From a virus: a stretch of DNA of 64,000 nucleotides. The stretch lies in IMG/VR virus record IMGVR_UViG_3300025617_000006. One strand, written 5' to 3'. A program made the translations under genes and the position numbers. The notes under the pieces are model-generated. The model saw only the letters and a list, made by a program, of their open reading frames with translations, ran no database searches and was not told the DNA's origin. Numbering within the stretch: the stretch's first letter is position 1; each line of letters starts with the position of its first letter. Shown here one piece after another: positions 1-12,000 of the stretch.

Positions 1-3000
1 AAGTTTAAGCGATCGTTTGTTAGTATTTCTTCAGAACTAGGTATTGACGGAAGTCCAAGATATGTTGTAGATAAAATTATCGAAGAATGGCAACGTGATA
101 AGTCTAAACAGAGTGCGTTTTATTGGACTGATATGATCGGCTCTGGTGCTAATAAAACTAGAGAGTTTACAATTGTTGATACAGGAAACAAGTTTTATAG
201 TTTAACATCGCCGTTTAATTTAAGTGACATTTCTGCAAAAGCAGTTTATATCTACTTAAATGATAGTCAGTTATTACACAATAAAGACTATGTGTTTACG
301 GCTGAAGGATTTATACGTCTAGATGATGAGTTAGAATTAGCAGTTAACGACGCTATCACAATTTACGAGTATGAATCAACTGATGCATCGTTTATTCCAC
401 CAACACCGAGTAAGTTGGGAATGTGGCCTTTATACCGTCCTACAAAATATGTAGATTCTTCATATAGAAATCCTATGGAAGTTATTCAAGGACATGACGG
501 TAGTATTATCCGAGCATACGGTGATTACCGTGATGACCTTATTTTAGAACTTGAAAACAGAATTTACAACAATGTTAAAATACAGTACGATAGTAATATT
601 TTAGACGTAGACAGTTTTGTTGGTCATGCATCACGTGATACAGGATTTACTCCAGATGTGATCGATGACGTAGTTATTACTGATTTCATTGAGTGGCTTG
701 CAGTAGCAGGCGATCCAGATTATACTGACAATAGTTTTTATGATAGAACAGATTCGTTTACTTGGAACTATTCTAAGATGACAGATCCGTACAATAACCC
801 GCTACAAGGATTTTGGCGTGCTATTTACAATAACTATTTAAGTACTGATACTCCGCACACTACACCGTGGAAAATTTTAGGATTTGTCGAAAAGCCAGAT
901 TGGTGGCAAGAAGTATATGGTCCAGCACCATACACTAAAGAAAACTTAATTTTGTGGGACGATTTAGAAAACGGGCGTGTCAGAGAACCAAACAAACCTA
1001 TTAGATATCGTTCAAACTATATTCGTAAAGAATTAACAAAGTATATTCCGGTTGACGCTCAAGGTAATTTAGTAAGTCCATATGAAAGCGGATATGCTAG
1101 AGGACTAATTGCTCCTAGTACAAATGAACAGTTTATATTTGGAGATCAAGCGCCGGTTGAATCGGCGTGGCGTAAAAGTTCCGAATATCCTTTTGCTTTA
1201 CTTACTGCGTGGTTGATTAACCAACCAACAAAGGTAATGTCTACAGGATTTGATAGAGCAAGACTTGTGCGTAATACTGCTGGACAAATTGTTTATAGCG
1301 CAACCGACAAACGATTAACCCCTAAAGATGTTGTATTTCCTAACACTTCGGAGAATGCAGAACGAGTTACGACTGCTGGACTTATTAACTATATGTTCAA
1401 TTATATCAATGCAGATGTAACAAAACTAAATGAAGAATACAGTGAGCAAGTTTTAAACATTAATGTACAACTTGGATTTAAAATGGGAGGATTTAGTACT
1501 CCTGACAAATTTAAATTGTTACTTGATTCAAGAACCCCAAGCAATGAAGGCAATGTATTCATTCCTGAAGAAAATTATAAAATATTCTTTAATGTGAGTA
1601 CACCAGTTGACACGGTATCATACAGTGGAGTTATTATTGAGAAAAGTGAAAGCGGTTGGATTGTTAAAGGATATGACAGAAGCAGACCATATTTTGTGTA
1701 CAATAAACCTCTTGAACGTGCAAGTGACCCTGTTGTAAATATTGGTGGAGTAAGTGAAAACTTCTTAGAGTTTGTAAACGGATCACAGTATCGAGTTGGA
1801 CAAATTATTCGAAACGGAGACTTGTTTTATAGAGTAAAGGTAACACACACTGCGGTAGGATTCCAAACTGAAAACTTTACTAAGTTAGCACAACTACCAA
1901 TTGATGGCGGCGTTGAAGGAACTATTAGACGATCGTTTGAACAAGGCACATCTAAACTAAGATACGGTACATTACTGCGTTCAAATCAAGACGTGATTGA
2001 TTTCTTATTAGGTTACGGAACTTACTTAGAATCGCAAGGCTTTGATTTTAATAACTTTAATAAAGAAATTGAGTCTATTGAAAACTGGGAATTGAGTGCG
2101 AGGGAGTTCTTGTTCTGGACTACTCAAAATTGGAGTCCGGGAACATTGCTTACACTATCTCCTAGTGCCAGTGCATTAATGTTTGCTAGAGATAATGCAG
2201 TTGTAGATAACATTTTTGATAACTTTTATGATTATACATTATTAAAAGCAGACGGCGCAAAACTAAAAGAAGAATTTGCAAACACAATTAGATCAAATCA
2301 AAACGAATTTGGATTGCGTTTAAAAAATACTCAAGATGGAATTTACTTCTTAAAAATTCCTCTAGTGCAAAAAGAACATGTAGTATTGATTGACAACAAG
2401 ACAGTATTCAACGATGTAATTTATAATCCGGCACCGGGTTATCGTCAGGCTCGAATTAAAGGTATTGGATATCGCACAACAAATTGGAACGGCGGATTTG
2501 ATATTCCTGGGTTTACATATGATAATGTTAAGGTTACTAATTGGGAACCAAACACTGATTATGCAATTAGTGATGTTGTACAATACAAAACGTTTTTCTA
2601 CAGTGCAAAAAGTAAAGTTGTAGGAACAACAGAGTTTAATGACTCTGACTGGTACCGACTACCTGAAAGACCTAAGGCTGAACTTACACCAAACTTTGAT
2701 TACAAAGCAAATCAGTTTTCAGACTTTTATGATTTAGATAGTGACAACTTTGATACTGAACAGCAACGTTTGGCTCAGCACTTAATTGGTTATCAAAAGC
2801 GTAACTACTTAGAAAATATTATTACTGATAGCGTGTCTCAGTATAAATTCTATCAAGGATTTATTCAAGATAAAGGCACACGAAATAGTTTAACTAAACT
2901 TTTTGATGCACTTTCAAATACAGAAAATTCAAGTTTAGAGTTTTTTGAAGAGTGGGCATTTAAAGTTGGTCAGTATGGAGCCAGCGGTGGCTTTGACGAA

Positions 3001-6000
3001 GTTGAATATCTTTTAGACGAATCGAAAATACGACTCCAGCCTCAGCCATTCCAGTTAGTACGAAACATTAATCCTTTGTCAACAGACTTAGTTTATAGAT
3101 ATGCATTAAATGATGTATATTCAAAACCAAGCGATTACAACCATGCTCCGTTCCCTACTAAAGATTTAACAGAAACTTATATTAGAACAGCAGGGTATGT
3201 TGCAGAAGAAGATATTGATTACAAGTTTACTAACTATGACGACTTGTTAGATTTTGATGTTAATTTAGTATCAGTAGGGCAGTATATTTGGGTTGCAAAG
3301 AGAGATCAATCATGGGATGTTCTTAGACAAACCGAAACTATCTTAAAAGTTAAAAGTATTTTAAACAGTAGCACAGGCGAAGTAGAAATTACATTTAATA
3401 AAGTTCCAGAGTTTAATAAAGATGATATTATTGGAGTATTAGGCACAACTCCTGAAACTAACAAATTTTATAAAGTAAATAGAATCAGTCTTAACATTGC
3501 TTATGTAACAGCAAGCGGCGAAGTCCCTGATGTACCAGATACAAACGGGTTCCTTGTTAAATTAGAATCAGTAAGAGTTGCAACACTAAGTGATGTTAAT
3601 CCTAAAATTACTAGAGACAATTACACAGCCGGCGAAAAGATTTGGGTAGACAGTGACGAAACTAATAACTGGACTGTTCTTGAAAACAACAACACTTATA
3701 CTTTAGGAAAGAAAAGTTACAATGCAACACTCGAAGGCGCTGGCACAATTGTCAACGGAGAGCGTGTATACGACATTAGAAATTTTGGCTCGAGTCTTTC
3801 AGCAAACGACTTAAACACTGTATTAGTTGTTGGTGCACCATCTCCTACGTCCGAAAAGCGTGGTAGAATTGATATACACTTTAGAGCGGCTGAAAACTTA
3901 AATCTTATTCAAGGCCAGGTTATTGATTGCCCTGATGGATTGTTTGATGGTGATAATAGTTTTGGAGAATCAACAGCACTTAGTTCAGATGGCAGATTCC
4001 TGTTTGTTGGTGCACCGTATGCATCTAATGTTAAAACAAATTACAGGGGTATATTTGACCCAGCAAACACATACCAAGAAAATGAAATTGTACAATACAC
4101 AAATCAATTTTGGAAAGCAAAAACAGTTGTATTCCCGAGTGATGATAGTTTAGCCTATCCTAGTTTTTCATCGCATATTCAAGAACTTATTAAAACATAT
4201 GAAAACACCGTTTATGATAACTTATGGTTAGTTCTACGAGGTAACTTTACATTCCAAGAAGAATCAACCGACCACGTATTAATTAAAGCCCAGTCAGTGC
4301 AATATGCAGGTACTGAAGCCGGCGACAAACTGCAACTGTTATGGAATACTAAAAACACTAGATATCCATCGGGTGTAAATCCGTTTAATGACACTCCTGA
4401 ATTAAGTAGCGATTTCTTTAATGGCGAGCATGTAATTCAAGAAAAGATTGACGATATCTTATTAGTAGATAATACACAAGCAATTCCAGATGTAGGGGAA
4501 GTTATTAATAGTGATATTGCGTTAGGCGTGGTTGCATATACATATACAACAGGCGATAACCGAACGTTGATTTATGTTAAAGATGCTAATGGTAACTTTG
4601 CAGACGAAGGAACACTAGAGTTAGGCGATATTACAATCGGGTTGTACGAACGTGCAGTTCAACAACCGAGCGACGACTTTGAAGGTTGGTGGAAAATTGG
4701 TGTTGGTTCAACTTTTAATTCAACAGCAACAATAGAAACAAAGCCATATCTAGTTGTACAGGATATTATTAAACAGTCGGTATCAAGAACTGTAAACTAT
4801 TTTGAAAACATTCTTAATATTGTAGATGACACTTCACCAGGAGTTCCGTCATATATTGAAACATTGACAGCAAACGGTGATTCAGGATTTGAAATATCTG
4901 ACAAGTGGGTATTTAGACTTCCGATTACACTTGAATCTGACGTTAGTATTGGCGACACATTTAACTTTTGGTTTAATGAATACCGAACACCTGAAGGTAT
5001 ATTACAGTCACCGACAGTGATTGCTCCTGAATTAACACATGAGTATCTTAACACAACATTACACACTGTTCAAGACAAATGGAATGGTTGGATTAATGTT
5101 AACTTAACAAACTTTGATAACAGTGGTTCTCCTACAATAGGCGATGCTGATTATAATCCTAACTACGGTAATCCTTATATACCGGTAGTTGGTGATATTA
5201 TACAAGACAATGATACTGGCGCTACAGCAGAAGTAACATATGTTGAAAAATTATTTAATGATTTACGACTTTGGATTAAAAATGTAAACATAACTGAAGG
5301 TCCTTGGAAATTAGGATCTGAATTTAGAAATATTTCAAGTATAAGCATTGTTGAAGGATCACAAGGCGAGGGTGTTATCAGACTTGTCGGAACTACTAAA
5401 AGTGTTTTCCTTGACGGTGAGACAATTGGGTCAATTATCGTTGTAGATCGCGGTGAAAACTTAACACCAGGAAGCACTAGAACACTACAGAATTTTGAAT
5501 ATTGGGTTTACAAAACCCAAGTATTGCAGGGAATTGCGCGAGATGCAAACCCACCAAGTTCAGTAAATAACGACTGGCAAAGAATTTATAATATTCCAGT
5601 TGAAAATAGTGGAACACAAAGTGGATATAATCGCCAAGGTGCCTATGCAGTATATGAAAGAAATACAAGTAACTTCTACGAACTAGTTAATTTTTATACT
5701 ATGCCTGACAGTAATAACTTTAGGCACCTGGGAGCGTCGATTGATTTAATCAAACGCCCAGATGGCGGGTATTCTGCATATATTTCAAGTAAGGGTAATG
5801 GTACATTTGAACAACCAGGAAGAATTAACATTATTAATTACTCCGAAGATAACGGTTGGGTACTTGGCGCCGATACTGATTATAGAGGAGAGTTTGTTGA
5901 AACAGTTGCATATTACGAAGGCGAGTTTGTTAAGTATGCTGGTCAAATATATTCAGCGGCAACAAACATTTTACCAGGATCGTTTAATAGTAATGACTGG

Positions 6001-9000
6001 ACAGCAATTAATACCGGAGTTGATTTAAACGGGTTTATTCCTAACAATACAGGATTTATGGTTGGAACTGACAGTTCTTTAGAAGTTTCAAATCTTATTG
6101 AGTTTGGATCACAATACGATGTTAGTAAGAACGGTCATGTGTTAGCATCGATTGTTAAATACGGCGACCAACTTGATAGTGCATTACGTATTCCAAAACT
6201 TGCAATTTACAGACTTGTAAATGGTCAGTTTATGTGGGATCAAATTATTGAAGGCGAACTAGCCGGAATAAATTACGGCTCGAGTGTTGCAGTTTCAGAT
6301 GATGGAAAGTTTATTGCAGTAGGCGCAAACAATTATAGTGAAGATTATACAAATTCAGGTGCTGTATACATTTACGAAGCAGTACACGGATCATTTGTAC
6401 TAGTCCAGACAGTTACTGGACCTCAAGGGCTTTCCAACGAGAAGTTTGGATCAAATATTAAATTTAACAATGATAGACTTGTTGTAACTTCAACTGGCGG
6501 TGATTTGTCAAGCACAACCGAGTTTGATAATAACGAAACTGTTTTTGATAACGGTACAACTTTGTTTGCTACTACACTTACTGATACAGGAGAGATATTT
6601 GTATTTGAAAGAGCAGGAAACAGATTTATCTATGCTGATAAAATTACAAATGCAGATGAAAATGTAAAGTATTTTGGAGACGTTGTTGAATTAGTTGGCA
6701 ACCATGTGTATGCAGGACTTCCAACGTACCTTAATCCTCCTGAAAATAATTCACCAGGATCTGTATTTGACTTTAGAACACCGACCAATACCAATTTATG
6801 GACACGCAAGCGCCAAGCAAGACCTGTCGTTGACATTGATAAGATCAAAGGCGTTAGCATTTATAATAAAGATACAAATGTTGTTGACGAGTATATTGAT
6901 TATATTGATCCTTTACAAGGAAAAATTGCTGGTCCAGCAACGTCTGAAATAACATTTAAGACTACTTACGATCCTGCAAGTTATAATGTAGCAGATGATG
7001 GTATCGACGTTGTTAAAGATGTAACAATTTTTAACACTACAGATTTAGTTGGTAAACTTTGGTGGGATGTTGATGCAGTAAGATTTATTAATCCTTATAG
7101 TAACACTGGAAATATTTTTAATGTTACTAATCAATTCAATACTATATTCCCAGGAACTGAAGTTGAAGTTTACGAATGGGTTGAGACTACATTATTACCT
7201 AGCGATTGGGACGATCAAGCAGATACTGAAGAAGGTTTAACTCGCGGTATCAGTGGACTTTCAAAATACGGTGATACAGTTTATTCAACTAGACGAGTTT
7301 ATGATGAAGAAGCACAAAAGTTTACAAACTTTAATTACTTCTGGGTAAGAAATAAAGCAACAGTACCAGACCTACCTGGTAGAACTATTAGTGGTGCCGA
7401 TGTACAAGAATTAATTAGAGATCCAGCAGGACAGGGGTACAAGTTTGTTAACTTCCTAAATGATAATGAGTGGTCTTTACATAATATCCAAACTAGTGTA
7501 ACTGGTAAAGATAGTGTTATTAAGTTTGCATATTGGAATATTAACGACACAGAGAAAAATATCCACAATCAATATAAAGTAATAACTGATGGATTATCGA
7601 CAAGTAGACCTAAATCAGATTTAGAAGAAAAATGGTATGATAGTTTAATTGGTTTTGATCGTCAAGGCAGAGAAGTTCCAGACCGGGCATTAAGCACTAA
7701 AGATACATACGGAATACTTAATAGTCCAAGACAGACAATTTTTGTTAATAGAACTGAAGCACTTAAACAAGCAATTGAACGTGCTAACAAAGTATTAAAG
7801 AAATATGTGTTAATTGATGATTTTGATTTATCAGATTTAGAATCAAATGATCCATCTCCGACATTAGCATCTAGGACATACGATCAAATAATTGACAGCG
7901 AGTTAGAGTTAAGATTTGTATCGACTAGCAGAATACGTCAAGCAACACTAAATGCAACAATTATCGACGGTAAAGTTATCAGAGTTGATATTTTAGATGG
8001 AGGTCGAGGATATAAAACAGTACCTACAGTAACCATTGACTCCGAAAACGGCAGTAACGCTGTCATAAAATTAGAAATTAATAATTTAGGATCAGTTGTT
8101 TCTGCTACTGTGTTTAATGAAGGCGAAAATTATCAGTCAACTGACAGAATTGTAGTACGCAAATATGCTGTACTAGTCAATACAGACACTTCCTATGCAA
8201 ACCGTTGGTCAATATACGAATATGTCGGCGGCGAGTATCCGTGGAATAGGATTATTAGTCAAAGTTATGATGTAAGAGATTACTGGTCATATTGCAATTG
8301 GTATGCTGAAGGATATAACGAATTAACAAAAGCCGATTTTGTAATTGAGGAAACATACGAGTTGTCATCACTTGATGATAAATTCGGAAACATAGTAAAA
8401 ATTAACAATGTCGGATCCGGCGGCTGGTTATTGCTTAGAAAAATCGGCGAAGATCCAAACGTAGATTATACAGTTAACTATGAAACTATTGGTAGAGAGA
8501 ACTCTACAGTTGAACTTTCAAAAGCGTTATATGATTATAGTGACCAGTTAGTTGGTTTTGACTCGTTTGGTTATGACGACAGTGCATTTGATTTAATTCC
8601 AGTACAAGAGTTACGCATTATATTACAATCATTGCGTGATAAAATATTTGTTGATAATTTAGCAATACATTACAATGAATTATTCTTTGCGCAAATGAGA
8701 TATGTCCTAGTTGAGCAACCGTTTGTTGACTGGATGTTTAAAACATCATTTGTTAAAGCCAAACACAATGTTGGAAAACTTAGAAAAGACATTACGTTTA
8801 ATAATGATTACTTAGAAAGTTATGAAGACTATGTACGTGAAGTAAAACCTTATAAAACTAAAATTAGAGAATACCTGTCAACATATGAAGGTAGCGAAGA
8901 TACTCAAACGTCAGTAACTGATTTTGATTTACCGCCATTCTATAGTACTGCAAAGGGAAAAATTATTCCAGTAGATACTAAGGTGATTGATAATACAATT

Positions 9001-12000
9001 GATGTAAATGGCATTACTAGTTACCCGCAAAAACATTGGTTAGATAATGCTAGTTTTGAAGTTACTGGAGTTACACTTTCTAATCAAGGATTAGGATATG
9101 CAAATCCGCCAACAGTTGAATTTACCGGCGGCGGCGGATCAGGCGCTAAAGCGGAAGCATATGTTGGTACTAACGGAAAAATAACAAATATTGAAGTTAC
9201 AAATCCTGGATCAGGTTATCTTTCTGCACCAACGGTTGTAATCAACGGTGCTGTAACAGACGGCGGCACATTGGCTAAAGCAAATGCAGTAATTGGCAAT
9301 TCAAATTTACGATCAATGCACTTCAATGTTAAGTTTGACAGAGTAACAGGTGCGTTCTTTATTACCACATTAGACGAAGAAGAAACATTTACAGGTTCGG
9401 GAGGCAGATACGAGTTTAAACTAAAATGGCCTGCAAACTTACGAACTGATAAAGTTTCGATCACAGTCAACGGTAATGAAATATTACCAGGAAATTACAC
9501 TATTGCAAATGTCGACGACAGCAACGGAAAAACTCATAGTAGAAAAATTGCAAAAGTTATATTTAATAACCCACCAGCCAATAATAGTAATATTGTTATT
9601 TCTTATTATAAAGATATTTCATTATTAACAGCGGCTGATAGAATTAATTTATTTTATAATCCAGAAACTGGTCAACTAGCAAACGATTTAGGACAATTAA
9701 TGGACGGTGTTGATTACGGCGGCGTACAAGTTAAGAGTTTTACATTCGGCGGAGGATCAGGCTGGGACGCAGATCCTTGGTTTACATCGGCATATGATTC
9801 ATATGACAATACATATGAGGATGAAGTATTTAGATTAGGTGATGACAGCACCAAAGTATACGACTTTGCTAAACCATTAGAGCAAGATGTTGAATATAAT
9901 GTATATAAAAATGGTGTAAGAATTGATGATCCTAATTTTGGTACTCCGTCACAAACTAATAGCAATGCTCTTATTGCAAGTATAACTGGTGCCGGACAAA
10001 CAGGCTTTATTTTATACGATGACGGTGCATCAGTTGAGTCGACGGTTATCGTATTTGACGAAGAAATTGTACCATCAACAACCGGCGATGTGTTTGTTAT
10101 TCGTAAAAATACATCAGATGGATCGTTTATACCAGACCCGAGAGCATATGATACACTTATATCTGGCGGAGACATTGCGTATGCGAGTGCATCGGGTGTA
10201 AATCCAGAAGATATTATTATCGACGGTGATGGATTTGTTACACCTACAACTTCAAAAGGACCTGAAGAGTTAGTTCCGGGACAAGTTCTTGATACACTTG
10301 ATATTCGAGTATTTGACAGAGTTGGCGAAGGCGCTAGTATTATTGAAAGTGTGTCATATGTTGGCAACGGTACAACTACCAAATATGTATTTAATGGACT
10401 ACCGCAAGGCAAAGATGCTATATTTGTGAAAGTTAATAATAATATTGTTGAGACATATACTGTAAATTATAAAACAAAAGAAATTACTTTTACAGCGGCT
10501 CCGGCAGACGGCGCTCAAATTAACATTGTTACAATGAGCGGTAATGGTGAACAAATATTAGATATTGATACATTTACAGGTGACGGGTCAACTATACAGT
10601 TTGTAACAAGAGTTGACTGGAAAGAAGAATTAAACAGCCTAATTACAGTTAACGGTGAAAAGGTAGACTATATTTTGGAAACTACTGATAGTTCATATGA
10701 TACTGCAAACAAAGTAGCAATTACATTTGGTACACCTCCAGCAGACGATGCAGTAATTAACTACGGTATCTATGCTAGTGAAGCCCAAACATTTAGTGAG
10801 ATTAAAACAGATACATTTAGAGCCGACGGTAATACAGCAACATACGAGTTAAGCACAACTCCGTTTAGTAGTTTACCTGCAAGTCACAACTTAATTGTGC
10901 GTGTTGGTGACACTATTCTTAATGCAGGTTATAACGAATCATTTACTATTGACGATAGAGTAGAGTATCAATTGCGTAATTGGCAACAGCCAGGCGGTAC
11001 ATTGGGTGCTAACGACATTCTTGTGCTGTTAGACGGTGTACCATTAACATATACAACTGACTTTATATTCCGTCCTGCAAACTCAAGTGTAGAACTTTTT
11101 GAAAATGTAAAAATTCCTGGAGCAACATTAGATGTATTTGTAACTACTGACGGTGAGTACACTGTTGATGGGGACCAAGTAACACTTAACGATGTACCAG
11201 AAGGTGACACACTAGTAAACGTAACACACTTTAGTAAACATGATATTCAGCAAATTGATCGTAAAAATTATGATATTATTAGACGCACTACATTATCGTT
11301 TGAAAGTGCAGGTGATATTGAGTATAACCATTTACTTGCAGGATTGATTAAACTTGAAAGAGAAACTATTGATGCTGAATATGTATGGGTAGTACTAAAC
11401 GGTAGAATTCAAACACCTAGTGTTGATTACAAAGTTACTAATGATAGACTGTTTATTAGAATGGCAACTCCATTAGACGAAAATGATGTTATTGAAATTA
11501 TGCAATTTGCAGAAGACGGTCCGTCAGTTGCTAAATTTGGATTTAGACAATTTAAAGACATGCTTAACAGAACTGTGTACAAGCGTTTGGGTGATGTGAA
11601 TAAATATAGACTACAGCAGGATCTTAAAACTTTTGATAAAGAAATTATTGTAGAAAACGGCGAAACTATGTTTGTTCCGGATAAAGCAAATAATATTCCT
11701 GGTGTTGTGTTTATTAACGGCGAACGTATTGAGTATATGGTTAAAGACGGAAATAGTTTACAACAGTTACGTCGAGGTACTTTGGGTACTGGTGTAAAAG
11801 ATATACATAATATTGGTGACGAACTGTTTGACCAAGGCTTCCAACAAACAGTTCCATATCAAGATAAGACACTTGTAAATACATACGAAGCAGATGGTGT
11901 TACAGCACAATTTGAGTTAGATTGGACGCCAGCAAGTGTTGACGAATTTGAAGTATTTGTAGCCGGCAAGCGCCAGCGCAAAAATGCTATGTATATGTTT

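Noticed and set aside
133-135. ATG 133 as the start of the giant protein
   Set aside because: The frame is open back to base 1; the true start lies outside the window.
9714-10412. 232-aa antisense ORF (and many 60-130-aa antisense ORFs) inside structural genes
   Set aside because: Ser/Pro/Val-rich mirror of the sense-strand codon bias, with no recognisable motif or expression signal.
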